64,000 nt of DNA from Gammaproteobacteria bacterium (GCA_050298595.1 JBNKUM010000100.1:96001-160000); one strand, 5' to 3'. Counted from the first letter of the stretch, positions 41,801 to 51,876 are shown. Numbers and translations are program-made. The notes: generated by a model from the sequence alone, not told the origin.

Positions 41801-42868
41801 TTAATTCCTGATGAGATCACCCTGCTCATCAAACAGCAGGCATTGATCAAGGTTGAGGTAGAGGTCTATGCTTTCCCCGACTTTATGGGGATGTACACCA
41901 TGCGATTCGGATACCCAGCTCTCATCTCCAAACTCGATGTGGATAACAGAATCAGACCCACTGATTTCAGTAACCTTTACTGTACCTTTTACAGCAACCG
42001 AATCAGCTTGAGTGCTATAGGGCGTTAAGTGGTGTGGACGTACGCCGAGAATATAATTGCCATCGGCCAGATGGCTGAATCTTTTTTCCACTTTGCAGCA
42101 GCCCACGCCCTGAATGCTTAACTCGTCCCCTTTTTTACTGATGGTCGTTGTGTTTATCGGTGGGTGCGAAAATACAGTTGCACTGGTGAGATTGTTCGGT
42201 TTGTGATAAATCTCTGCAGTTTCGCCATACTGAATTACGCGGCCTTCATTTAATGTTGCAGTATGTCCACCGAGTAACAGGGCTTCCATCGGTTCGCTGG
42301 TGGCATACACTACGGTCGCCCCGGAACCTGCAAATAGTTTGGGTAATTCATCGCGCAATTCCTCACGCAGCTTGTAATCCAGGTTGGCCAGGGGCTCATC
42401 CAGCAATACCAGCTCCGCATTTTTTACCAGTGCGCGCGCCAATGCGGTACGTTGCTGTTGTCCGCCGGATATTTCTGAGGGCATGCGGTTTAGCATAGGG
42501 GTAAGCTTGAGCAACTCTGCAATCGATTCGACGCGTTGTTTGATTTCGGCTTTTGGTACTCCGGCTACTTTTAGCGGTGAGGCGATATTGTCGTAAACTG
42601 TGTAGCTGGGGTAATTGACAAAGGCCTGATAAACCATTGCTACACTACGTTTCTGCACGGCTACACCGGTTACATTCTGGTCATTGAACCAGATTTCGCC
42701 GGAAGATGGTTTTTCAAGGCCTGCCATCAGGCGCATTAAAGTAGTTTTTCCTGAAAGGGTGGTGCCGAGTAAAACATTGAACCCCCCTTTGGATAATTTT
42801 AAATCGGTAGTGTAGATATGCGTCTCAGCATCTACTTTTTTGACTACCCCTTTTAATTCAATACCCAT
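41801..42868 (-). CDS. glpS: Glycerol ABC transporter ATP-binding subunit (GlpS)
   Basis: Atypical Walker A GTTLSGKTT, ISGGQQQR, LDEPLANLDYKLRE. Confidence 0.85.
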   Translation of the reverse strand: MGIELKGVVKKVDAETHIYTTDLKLSKGGFNVLLGTTLSGKTTLMRLMAGLEKPSSGEIWFNDQNVTGVAVQKRSVAMVYQAFVNYPSYTVYDNIASPLKVAGVPKAEIKQRVESIAELLKLTPMLNRMPSEISGGQQQRTALARALVKNAELVLLDEPLANLDYKLREELRDELPKLFAGSGATVVYATSEPMEALLLGGHTATLNEGRVIQYGETAEIYHKPNNLTSATVFSHPPINTTTISKKGDELSIQGVGCCKVEKRFSHLADGNYILGVRPHHLTPYSTQADSVAVKGTVKVTEISGSDSVIHIEFGDESWVSESHGVHPHKVGESIDLYLNLDQCLLFDEQGDLIRN

Positions 42869-42880
42869 TTCTCATTCTCA

Positions 42881-43666
42881 TTATGGTGTCGCGATTTTTA
42901 CCGTGACATCGTTAGCTTTGCAGACTTGCATAAATTTCTCTGGTGGCTGGAAGTCTGATACAAAATACTGAATATCGGCGATGTTACACACTCGAATGGG
43001 CGCTTTACGACTGAATTTAAGTTCGTCAGCTACCAGAATGACCGAGCGCGAATTTCTGATAATCGCCTGTGTGACACAGACTTCACGCATATCAAAATCG
43101 AGTATGGCGCCGTCTTCTTCTATGGCAGAAATGCCTATCACCGCATAGTCCAGTTTGAACTGGTCGATGAAGCGGTTGGCTGACTCACCCACGATACCGC
43201 CATCTTCACGCCGCACAATGCCACCAGCGGTCATCACGTCGATGCTTTTGCATCTGCGTAAAATATTCACAATGTTTATATTGTTGGTAATCACCAGCAG
43301 GCCCAGATGCTCCAGCAGCTGTTCAGCTACCTGTTCGGTGGTGGTGCCGATATTGATAAACAATGAAGAGTCATTTGGTATCAGTTCGGCAGCGCATTTT
43401 CCGATAGAGCGTTTGCTCTCTGTGGCCATTTGCTTGCGCGCTTCGTAACCTAGATTTTCAATACCATCGGTAGCAATCGCTCCGCCATGCACGCGTTGTA
43501 GTAAACGCAGGCGGCATAACTCGCTGAGGTCACGTCGAATGGTTTGCGGCGTGACATTTAATGACTCGGCTAGAGAATCGACCATGACTCTGCCCTGCAT
43601 TCTGGCGATATCCAGAATACCCTGTTGGCGGTCATTAAGGTTCGAGTTTCTCGATAGTTCTTGCAT
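42881..43666 (-). CDS. glpR: DeoR-family glycerol-3-phosphate regulon repressor
   Basis: VTPQTIRRDL HTH, RVHGGA, FINIGTTTE; glp context. Confidence 0.92.
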   Translation of the reverse strand: MQELSRNSNLNDRQQGILDIARMQGRVMVDSLAESLNVTPQTIRRDLSELCRLRLLQRVHGGAIATDGIENLGYEARKQMATESKRSIGKCAAELIPNDSSLFINIGTTTEQVAEQLLEHLGLLVITNNINIVNILRRCKSIDVMTAGGIVRREDGGIVGESANRFIDQFKLDYAVIGISAIEEDGAILDFDMREVCVTQAIIRNSRSVILVADELKFSRKAPIRVCNIADIQYFVSDFQPPEKFMQVCKANDVTVKIATP

Positions 43667-43713
43667 AGTATGGTTTTGAAAGTTAGTTGTAGCAGAAAAG
43701 GGTGAAGCAGGGT

Positions 43714-43743
43714 TTGCTGAGGCACCAGTTGGTACCTCAGCAA
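43714..43743 (-). terminator. Stem-loop between glpV and glpR (mRNA stabiliser or partial terminator)
   Basis: TTGCTGAGGCACCAGTTGGTACCTCAGCAA, long near-perfect stem 20 bp after the solute-binding-protein stop. Confidence 0.55.
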
Positions 43744-43763
43744 GTATTACCACAAAGACTGGC

Positions 43764-45497
43764 TTAGCTTTTGTTCCAGCGTTTTATCAGTTCATCGTAG
43801 TTGATAGTTTCTCCTTTTGGCTTTTCATTGGAGAGCTTGGCTTTGGGTGATCCCGGCTTGTTCAGCCAGTAGTTGGGATCTTTAGGCTTGTTCAAACGTG
43901 GACCACATCCACCGTAAACATTGGCTTTTTCATCAGCCGCCTGCATACGTGCCATAACGTTATCCATTTCTCCAGCCAGACGATCCATAGCCTGTTGCGG
44001 AGTAAATACACCGGAGTTTACGTCACCGATTTGCTGCCACCAGATCTGAGCCAGCTTGGGATAGTCGGGTACGTTGATACCAGTTGGTGACCACAGTACA
44101 CGATCAGGTGAACGGTAGAATTCAACCAGACCACCCAGCTTGGGCGCACGTTCGGTGAATGATTTATCGTTAACCGTTGAGTTACGAATAAAGGTCAGGC
44201 CAACATGGCTTTTCTTGACGTCAAGGGTTTTAGAAACCACGAACTGTGCGTATAACCAGGCTGCTTTACGGCGATCAACTGGTGTGGACTTGAACAGTGT
44301 CCAGGATCCTGCATCCTGATAACCCAGTTTCTGGCCGCTTTCCCAGTAGGGACCGTGTGGAGAAGGTGCCATACGCCACAGTGGTTTACCCGCATCATCA
44401 ACGGTATTGTTACCTTCAGATTTGGGGGCAACCATAGATGCGGTAAACGCGGTATACCAGAAGATCTGCTGTGCAACATTACCCTGAGACAATGCAGGCA
44501 GAGACTGGTAGAAGTCATAGCTGGCAGCGCCTGGAGGTGCGTATTTGCGTAACCATTTGTCCCATTTATCGATCGCATAAACCGCTGCAGGGCCGTTTGC
44601 CGCACCACCACGGGTTACGGATGCACCTACCGGATTACAGCTGCCTGCTTCCATACGAATGCCCCATTCATCGACTGGGATACCGTTAGGTAGGCCCTTG
44701 GATCCTGCACCAGCCATAGATAACCAGGCATCTGTCATACGCCAGCCCAGGTCGGGAGCACGCTTTCCATAGTCCATATGACCATACACGCGAGTACCAT
44801 CGATCTCTTTCACGTCGTTAGTGAAGAATTCAGCGATATCCTCGTATGCAGACCAATTCACGGGAACACCCAGGTCATAACCATATTTGGCCTTGAACTT
44901 TTTCTTCAGGTCTGGACGATCGAACCAGTCTTTGCGAAACCAGTACAGGTTAGCGAATTGCTGGTCAGGTAGTTGATAAAGCTTGCCATCAGGCCCAGTA
45001 GTGAAGGATTTACCGATGAAATCATTGATATCCAGATTAGGATTAGTGACATCTTTACCTTCGCCAGCCATCCAGTCGGTCAGGTTGACCGCGAGTTGTA
45101 GACGCGAATGGGTGCCGATCAGATCAGAGTCGTTGATATACGCATCGTACAGATTACGTTTGGTTTGCATCTGAGTCTGTACCGCCTGAACCACTTCGCC
45201 TTCACCCAGTAGCTGGTGATTGACCTTGATTCCGGTGATCTCTTCAAATGCCTTGGTTAGTGTTTTAGATTCATATTCATGGGTGGGGATGGTTTCAGAC
45301 AGGACATTAATCTCCATGCCCTTGAATGGTTTAGCAGCGTTGATAAACCATTGCATTTCTTTCATTTGCTCTGCTTTAGACAGAGATGAGGGTTGAAATT
45401 CAGAATCAATCCACTGCTTAGCCTTGGACATATCGGCTGAAACCGCAGATTGAAAAGCCAGTATGGCGACGCCCATAGCGATGGGTAATCGTTTCAT
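43764..45497 (-). CDS. glpV: Glycerol ABC transporter periplasmic binding protein (GlpV)
   Basis: Signal peptide, EFQPSSLS, LPDQQFANLYWFR, GVPVNWSAYEDIAEFF; AGGAGG RBS (GTG at 45503 is an alternative start). Confidence 0.88.
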   Translation of the reverse strand: MKRLPIAMGVAILAFQSAVSADMSKAKQWIDSEFQPSSLSKAEQMKEMQWFINAAKPFKGMEINVLSETIPTHEYESKTLTKAFEEITGIKVNHQLLGEGEVVQAVQTQMQTKRNLYDAYINDSDLIGTHSRLQLAVNLTDWMAGEGKDVTNPNLDINDFIGKSFTTGPDGKLYQLPDQQFANLYWFRKDWFDRPDLKKKFKAKYGYDLGVPVNWSAYEDIAEFFTNDVKEIDGTRVYGHMDYGKRAPDLGWRMTDAWLSMAGAGSKGLPNGIPVDEWGIRMEAGSCNPVGASVTRGGAANGPAAVYAIDKWDKWLRKYAPPGAASYDFYQSLPALSQGNVAQQIFWYTAFTASMVAPKSEGNNTVDDAGKPLWRMAPSPHGPYWESGQKLGYQDAGSWTLFKSTPVDRRKAAWLYAQFVVSKTLDVKKSHVGLTFIRNSTVNDKSFTERAPKLGGLVEFYRSPDRVLWSPTGINVPDYPKLAQIWWQQIGDVNSGVFTPQQAMDRLAGEMDNVMARMQAADEKANVYGGCGPRLNKPKDPNYWLNKPGSPKAKLSNEKPKGETINYDELIKRWNKS

Positions 45498-45709
45498 TAT
45501 CACTTTGTTCCTCCTACTTACTATTTGTGTTGTATGTTGAGAGGTAGAGATATTACTCAATAAATTTTCGCTTGCAAGAAATAAAATATTCGAATGAAAA
45601 AAAATATTATAAAAAAGGAAAATAAACTCAGAAATATGGCCATGGGACGCTATAAATGATGTAATATTTGTAGCAAGAAATTCATTTCCCTACTGTTTTG
45701 GGGGTTAAA

Positions 45710-45737
45710 ATGTTCGTTTTCTCGCTGTAAACGAACA
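45710..45737. promoter_or_regulatory. Putative GlpR operator
   Basis: ATGTTCGTTT...AAACGAACA inverted half-sites resembling the E. coli GlpR half-site WATGTTCGWT, just upstream of the anaerobic glp operon. Confidence 0.6.
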
Positions 45738-45748
45738 AGAAAAACCTT

Positions 45749-47047
45749 ATGCGAGATACCCTAATGCTGATTGATTTTATGAGTAAGGCCAGGGAGTTAT
45801 TACCCAAAGGGGCTAATTACGATGCCTGTCTGGCCTGTGGGCTGTGTTCTTCTGGCTGCCCTGCCTCGGGGTTTGATGGCATGGATCCACGTCGTTTTAT
45901 CCGTATGGCAATGCTGGGCATGAATGAAGAGCTTGCGACGACACCCTGGGTATGGACCTGTACTCAGTGCCAGCGTTGTGCTCATGTCTGCCCGATGAAT
46001 ATCGATGTATCGGTACTGGTCGGTATCGCACGCGGAGCCTGGCCGAATGATAAAAAACCCAAAGGTATTATGCGTTCCTGCGAGGCACAGATGCGCTTTG
46101 AAGGCACCAGTGCTATGGGGCTACAAACTGAAGACTTCGTAGAAATCGTCGAAGAAACGGTGGAAGAGATACGCGAGCAATCCCCTCGTTTTAAGGAACT
46201 TAAGGCTCCGATGGATAAAAAAGGCGCGTATTTCTTCGTTAACCAGAATTCGCGTGAACCTGCGACCGAACCCGAAGAACTCGGTCCCTTATGGAAGATA
46301 TTCGATTATGTCGGCGCAGACTGGACCTATGCCTCTAAGGGTTGGGCAGCTGAAAACTTCTGTATGTTTACCGGTGATGATGACAAGTGGCGTGCGATGG
46401 TCAAACAACGGGTGGATGCGGTAAACGAACTGGGATGCAAGGTATGGGTGAATACCGAATGCGGGCATTCCTTTTACACCCTGTGGAAAGGCGTAGAGCG
46501 GTTTAAGCTGCAGGCAGATTTTGAACCGGAAAGTCTGGTAACGTTGTATGCACAATGGATACGCGAAGGTAAACTGCCGGTCAATTCGGACTGGAATAGC
46601 AAGGGTATCAAGTTCACCCTGCAGGACCCCTGTCAATTGATCCGTAAATCGATAGGTGATTCTGCAGCGGATGACTTGCGGTATATTGCCAACAAACTGG
46701 TGGGTGAAGAGAATTTCATCGATATGCAGCCCTGTCGAAGTGCTAATTACTGTTGTGGTGGCGGAGGCGGTTTTTTACAGGCCGGTATGAATGAACAACG
46801 TAGAGCCTACGGCAAGAGAAAATTTGACCAGATCAAATCCACTGAAGCGACTTATGTTTTAACACCCTGCCATAACTGTCATTCGCAGATAGAAGATCTT
46901 GCTCACCACTACGGCGGGGACTATCACGTGATTCATCTATGGACATTAATCTGTCTATCGCTGGGTATTCTGGGTGAAAACGAACGTAAATATCTGGCAC
47001 CTGATTTAATAGACGTAGCGTTAATGGAGAGTAATCCAGATGAATAG
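45749..47047 (+). CDS. Fe-S oxidoreductase with 2x[4Fe-4S] and CCG domain (HdrD/GlpC superfamily), probable GlpAB electron-transfer partner
   Basis: CLACGLCSSGCP and CTQCQRCAHVCP; QDPC...NYCCGGGGG...TPCHNC; overlaps glpA start. Confidence 0.8.
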   Translation: MRDTLMLIDFMSKARELLPKGANYDACLACGLCSSGCPASGFDGMDPRRFIRMAMLGMNEELATTPWVWTCTQCQRCAHVCPMNIDVSVLVGIARGAWPNDKKPKGIMRSCEAQMRFEGTSAMGLQTEDFVEIVEETVEEIREQSPRFKELKAPMDKKGAYFFVNQNSREPATEPEELGPLWKIFDYVGADWTYASKGWAAENFCMFTGDDDKWRAMVKQRVDAVNELGCKVWVNTECGHSFYTLWKGVERFKLQADFEPESLVTLYAQWIREGKLPVNSDWNSKGIKFTLQDPCQLIRKSIGDSAADDLRYIANKLVGEENFIDMQPCRSANYCCGGGGGFLQAGMNEQRRAYGKRKFDQIKSTEATYVLTPCHNCHSQIEDLAHHYGGDYHVIHLWTLICLSLGILGENERKYLAPDLIDVALMESNPDE

Positions 47048-48659
47048 AATTGATCGCGAACTGGAAACCGAGGTACTGATTATCGGTGGCGGCGTGAGTG
47101 GCGCAGGGGTGATGCGTGATCTGGCATTGCGCGGTATCAATTGCCTGTTGATAGATAGGAAGGACTTGAATGCGGGGGCTTCTGGTGGAAATCATGGGTT
47201 GTTACATAGCGGAGGGCGCTATGCCTCTAGCGATACAGAAACCGCAGCAGAATGTCGTCAGGAAGGAGAGATTTTAAAAAACATCGCTGCAGGTCTGATT
47301 GATCCCTGTGGCGGCATGTTTGTCGCAGTTGAAGGCGATGACACCGAGTTTGCAGCGGCGTTTCCGGGGTGTTGTGCCAAAGCGGGTATTCTCTGTGATG
47401 AACTTACTGTACAACAGGCGCAAGAGCTTGAGCCAACCTTAAGTGATAAAATTTTAGCCGCCTATAAAGTACCGGATGCCAGCATTGACCCCTTTAGAAT
47501 TACGCTGGCTAATGTACAGCATGCAAAACAATTGACCGAGAGTGATTTCCTGCCACATATGCAATTGATTGAGTTCGAGAAATCAGACAATTTGATTACC
47601 GCTGCACTCTGCCTGAATCATAAGACAGGAGAACGGTTGAGGATTCGTGCCAGTCAATTCGTCAATGCCAGTGGCGCCTGGTCTAAGATGGTTGCAGAGC
47701 TTGCGGGCTGCCGGGATGTCCAGTTGTTGTATTCCAAAGGCACCTTGATTATCAGTAATGCACGCGTCAGTAATGGTGTGGTTAATCGCCTGAGACCTGC
47801 GGCAGATGGTGATATCCTGGTGCCAGGTGGAACGGTTTCTTTACTCGGAACCACGTCAGATAATGTGGATAGTCTGGACAATATCAAACCCACTGCCGAC
47901 GAGGTGGATCGAATATTACAGCAGGGAATAGCGATGATTCCTGTGCTAGAAAGCACCCGCTTTATTCGCGCTTTTTCAGGGGTAAGACCCTTAATGATGT
48001 CATCCGCTGCTGAGACCGACGGGCGCAAGGCCAGTCGCGGCTTTACCCTTTTTGATCACGAACAGCAGGGTGTTTCCAACCTGGCAACTGTTGCAGGTGG
48101 AAAGCTCACTACATTTCGCCTGATGGCTGAGAAAACTGCCGATCTGGTTGCGCAAAGGTTGGGTAATACTGCATCCTGTAAAACAGCCAGCGAGGCATTA
48201 CCCGAAGATGAACGAGTACGCTGGACCGAGCCGGGATATGCTGCTCGACACTGGTATCAACAACATGACAATAGCGATTTAATACTCTGCGAATGCGAAA
48301 TGGTACCAAAGTCAGTGGTGGATGATGTCATCGCACAGTCACCAGGCAGGGAGTCGGATATGACGGTCAAGGCTATTGGACTACGTAGCCGTATAGGGAA
48401 GGGCAGCTGTCAGGGTGCGTTTTGCGCAATGCGGGTCACCTCCTATCTATACGATAAAAACTTTTATCATAATAAAGATGGCCTGAGGCATATGCGTGAC
48501 TTTGTTGATGAGCGCTTCAAGGGTATAAAACCTGTTTTATGGGGCGAACAAATGGCCCAGGTAGAACTGGCTGAAACTATGCATTGTGGCTTGATGGGGC
48601 TGGACCTGCTGGATGAGAAGAAAGCGCACAATGAAGATGTCAGGGCAACAGACAAATGA
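47040..48659 (+). CDS. glpA: Anaerobic glycerol-3-phosphate dehydrogenase subunit A
   Basis: IGGGVSGAGVMRDLALRG, NHGLLHSGGRY, GGKLTTFRLMAE, BFD-like CECE...GSCQGAFC. Confidence 0.93.
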   Translation: MNRIDRELETEVLIIGGGVSGAGVMRDLALRGINCLLIDRKDLNAGASGGNHGLLHSGGRYASSDTETAAECRQEGEILKNIAAGLIDPCGGMFVAVEGDDTEFAAAFPGCCAKAGILCDELTVQQAQELEPTLSDKILAAYKVPDASIDPFRITLANVQHAKQLTESDFLPHMQLIEFEKSDNLITAALCLNHKTGERLRIRASQFVNASGAWSKMVAELAGCRDVQLLYSKGTLIISNARVSNGVVNRLRPAADGDILVPGGTVSLLGTTSDNVDSLDNIKPTADEVDRILQQGIAMIPVLESTRFIRAFSGVRPLMMSSAAETDGRKASRGFTLFDHEQQGVSNLATVAGGKLTTFRLMAEKTADLVAQRLGNTASCKTASEALPEDERVRWTEPGYAARHWYQQHDNSDLILCECEMVPKSVVDDVIAQSPGRESDMTVKAIGLRSRIGKGSCQGAFCAMRVTSYLYDKNFYHNKDGLRHMRDFVDERFKGIKPVLWGEQMAQVELAETMHCGLMGLDLLDEKKAHNEDVRATDK

Positions 48660-49930
48660 TTAAAAAAACACGTCACTATCAATCAGAGCTTGCTGTTGTA
48701 GGTGCAGGCATTGCGGGTTGCGCCGCCAGTATATTTGCGCTCAATCGTGGAATCAAAACCATACAGATTGGTAATACCGGCGCGCTTGCCTATACCTCAG
48801 GATACCTGGATCTAATAGGAGTTGATCATACCGATGTCATCGATGACCCGTGGCAAGGACTGGATCGCCTGCGTCAACAGGATCCGCATCACCCCTACTG
48901 TAAGGTCAGTAATGACGAAGTACGCACCGCATTTGATGAGTTTGTCAGTACCTTGCAGGATATGGGATTGAGCTATACCAAAGCTACTGACAGCAATTTT
49001 GTGGCAATGACTCCTGCCGGAACCCTTAAACCAACCCACTGTATGCCGGCTACCATGAGTCAGTCAATACAGGCCATGATGAGCAGAGCCAGGGTGCTAT
49101 TCATTGATTTCATCGGTCTTGAAGGTTTTAGTGCGCAGGAAATAATGGCTAATCTAGGCGCTCAATGGTCGGGTCTTGCTGCACAAAGCATTGCATTTCC
49201 TGAGATGGAAACTGGCGCTCAGGTGTATCCTGAAGTGATGGCCAGGGCATTGGAGGTATCCGAGACAAGAGCGCTGTTAGCGCAACGTATCAAGCAGGTT
49301 GCAGGGGATGCCCAATACATTGCATTACCCGCTATTCTGGGGATACATGGGCCTGATCACATTCATCGAGAAATGGAAAGACTGGTCGGATTGCCCATTT
49401 TCGAGATACCTACCATACCGCCTGCGGTGCCGGGTATACGGTTACGCGAATTGCTGGAACAGCAGTTGGCGGCAAAAGGGGCAACAGTCATCACTCAGCA
49501 AAAAGTTGCAGCAGCTACCTTAAAAGACGAAGGGATACTTCTGGAGTATGATGATCACTATGGTCCGGTAAATATTCAGGCGGATAATATACTGCTTGCA
49601 AGCGGACGCTTTTTATCGGGCGGCTTATCTGCAGATCAGAATTACCTGCGTGAAGCTTTGATGAACCTGCCGATTCAACAGCCCGATAATCGAGATCACT
49701 GGTTTAGTGATGAATACTTCGCCCCAGAGGGGCATGCAGTCAATCGCTCGGGAGTTCTTGTAAACGAAAAATTTCAGGTAGTTAATCATCAGCATGAAGT
49801 AGTCGACCCACGCCTGTATGCAGCAGGTATTGTACTGGCGAATCAGGACTGGATTCGTCAGCGCTGTGGAGCAGGGGTTGCGATAGCTTCGGCGTATAAA
49901 GCGATACTTTCGGTACAGCAAAATCTGTGA
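48656..49930 (+). CDS. glpB: Anaerobic glycerol-3-phosphate dehydrogenase subunit B
   Basis: VGAGIAG, TPAGTLKPT, EIPTIPPAVPGIRL, LASGRFLSGGL, CGAGVAIASA. Confidence 0.92.
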   Translation: MIKKTRHYQSELAVVGAGIAGCAASIFALNRGIKTIQIGNTGALAYTSGYLDLIGVDHTDVIDDPWQGLDRLRQQDPHHPYCKVSNDEVRTAFDEFVSTLQDMGLSYTKATDSNFVAMTPAGTLKPTHCMPATMSQSIQAMMSRARVLFIDFIGLEGFSAQEIMANLGAQWSGLAAQSIAFPEMETGAQVYPEVMARALEVSETRALLAQRIKQVAGDAQYIALPAILGIHGPDHIHREMERLVGLPIFEIPTIPPAVPGIRLRELLEQQLAAKGATVITQQKVAAATLKDEGILLEYDDHYGPVNIQADNILLASGRFLSGGLSADQNYLREALMNLPIQQPDNRDHWFSDEYFAPEGHAVNRSGVLVNEKFQVVNHQHEVVDPRLYAAGIVLANQDWIRQRCGAGVAIASAYKAILSVQQNL

Positions 49931-50112
49931 TTTTCGTTTTTCTCACCTCTAAAATAATCAGAGGCTCCCTGTCCAAAAATAAAAACTGTTTCAGCTTCTT
50001 TTAATCTAACTGTGGTAGATTGTATGCCCGCAAATATATTGAATTGGCTGTCTTTTAGTTATTAAGTTGATTTCTGTATAAGACAGAATTAGCCACGGGT
50101 TTAAAAATACTA

Positions 50113-51027
50113 ATGAAAAAAATTATTCTGACTATCCATACACTGTTCCTGATAGTGATTTCATCTACTACCCAGGCAAATGAAATTACCGAGAAAAATT
50201 CGTATGAAGCTCGCTATGCTTATGCGATGGGTTATCGAATGGGGCAATCATTAAAGTCTAAGGGCGTTAAGAAACTGAACTCCAGTGATCTATTGAGAGG
50301 TATTACTGATTTTCTAGATGATAAAAAACCAGAGCTTACTGAAATTGAAATCAACGACACCATTAACTCATATCATCAATCTCTTAAAACACAGCGTAAA
50401 ACGGGTGGTTCAGTTAATTCGATAGATGAAGCTCGCTATGCTTATGCGATGGGATACCGTATGGGCCAATCTTTAAATCCAAAAGCTATCAAGAAACCTA
50501 AACCCAGTGATCTGTTGAGTGGGCTAAATGATTGCCTGGATGATAAAAAGGCCAGACTGGTTACTGACGGTGAAATTAATGATGCTATTACCTCATACCA
50601 TGAATATCTTAATGCTCTGCGTAAAAAAGATGGAAAAGCTAATCTGCAGGAAGCAGTCGCCTATTTAGATAAAAACCAGTCCAGACCCGGTGTGATGAAA
50701 ATGCCATCAGGTCTGCAGTATGAAATAGTTAAATCAGCGAATGGTGTGCAGCCAAAATTAAATGACTCTGTTCTGGTTCATTATCAAGGCAGCTTTATTA
50801 GCGGTGAAGTATTTGACAGCTCGATTGACCGGGGTGAGCCAGTAGAGTTTATGTTAGCCGATGTAATCCCCGGATTTAAAGTAGCGTTAACGCAGATGCA
50901 TATCGGTGAGAAATGGAAAATTTTTGTACCACCATCACTGGGTTATGGTGAACGAGGAATAAAGGGCTCTATAGGCGCGAATGAAATGCTGATTTTTGAT
51001 CTAGAATTACTGGCTATAAACCCATGA
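50113..51027 (+). CDS. Exported FKBP-type peptidyl-prolyl isomerase (Mip/FkpA-like) with duplicated N-terminal domain
   Basis: Signal peptide; EARYAYAMGYRMGQSL twice; SGLQY, VHYQG, FDSS, VIPG, LGYG, LIFDLEL. Confidence 0.9.
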   Translation: MKKIILTIHTLFLIVISSTTQANEITEKNSYEARYAYAMGYRMGQSLKSKGVKKLNSSDLLRGITDFLDDKKPELTEIEINDTINSYHQSLKTQRKTGGSVNSIDEARYAYAMGYRMGQSLNPKAIKKPKPSDLLSGLNDCLDDKKARLVTDGEINDAITSYHEYLNALRKKDGKANLQEAVAYLDKNQSRPGVMKMPSGLQYEIVKSANGVQPKLNDSVLVHYQGSFISGEVFDSSIDRGEPVEFMLADVIPGFKVALTQMHIGEKWKIFVPPSLGYGERGIKGSIGANEMLIFDLELLAINP

Positions 51028-51245
51028 GATATTGAGTAAGTGGTTTTTACTGGGGCTGAAGAAAAATAAATAGCTGACATTGTTACCGAGAGCTGTAATA
51101 GACGGGGGGGCGGCGCCAGGCCCAGTCAATTCACGTGTATCTGACTGGAAGTGGCTAATGGGTGCCCCCTCATGATCTACAACCTACGTCCATGTAGGCG
51201 TCCATGCATTCGCGAAATAACAGCATCCATGCTGAAAATTCAATT

Positions 51246-51488
51246 GGTAATTCCCGCTACGAGCTGAATTGCAGGTTTGAGGGGGCGAATCTTTGCGCTG
51301 CCTATACGGACATAGGTAAGGGGTGAGAGCAGGACGCGGAAGCTTTGCCTATACGGACATAGGTAAGGGGCGTGAGCAGGACGCGGAAGCCTTGTAATTT
51401 CCTGGAATAGCTCGCTATTCCGTGTCGTCACGCCTTGATCTGCATCTCCTCAAACGCACTACAACTCGTCCAACTGTGGATTCCAGGT
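51246..51488. mobile_element. MITE copy 3 (one end missing, carrying nested repeats)
   Basis: CCCGCTACGAGCTGAATTGCA.GTTTGAG and CACTACAACTCGTCCAACTGTGGATTCCAGGT match the reverse complement of copy 1; right flank TAA. Confidence 0.75.
51299..51390. repeat. 47 bp tandem repeat, two copies (REP-like)
   Basis: CCTATACGGACATAGGTAAGGGG...GAGCAGGACGCGGAAGC starting at 51301 and 51348; related sequences at ~51183 and ~60797-60844 (inverted). Confidence 0.85.
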
Positions 51489-51876
51489 TAAAGCAAACTA
51501 AAATGGTTAGAACTCTTTTACAAGAATAAGTCAGTGCCTAAACAACTACTATAAGTGGTATAACCCAATTCCAGCGAACCCGATCAACACGAGTTGACTT
51601 TGCTCGTGCATATCATTAGTCAATGTGTTGCCCGATATGTGGAAAAACAGGGCACTCTGAAACGAGGTGAAGAAAACTGTAATCTACAATTCGAAGAGGT
51701 GGATGAAGATTCCATGCAGCAACTGACGGGAGTTAAGGTTGGTTACCGCATACCGTTGGTCAATTTAGCAGCGTGGTAGAAGTGACACTTCTGTTTGTAA
51801 CTGATAATCTTCGGAGTGGTTCGCTGCTTATTGAGAGCGCTAATTCAAAGATACACTGATTAACAGGGAGTTTATA

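Noticed and set aside
45500-45750. FNR box for the anaerobic glp arm
   Set aside because: No TTGAT-N4-ATCAA match seen.
51299-51390. 47 bp repeat as a CRISPR array
   Set aside because: Only two head-to-tail copies with no spacer and no cas genes in the window.
51594-51779. 61 aa ORF upstream of RNase T2
   Set aside because: TTG start without clear RBS and no recognisable family; possibly a gene remnant.
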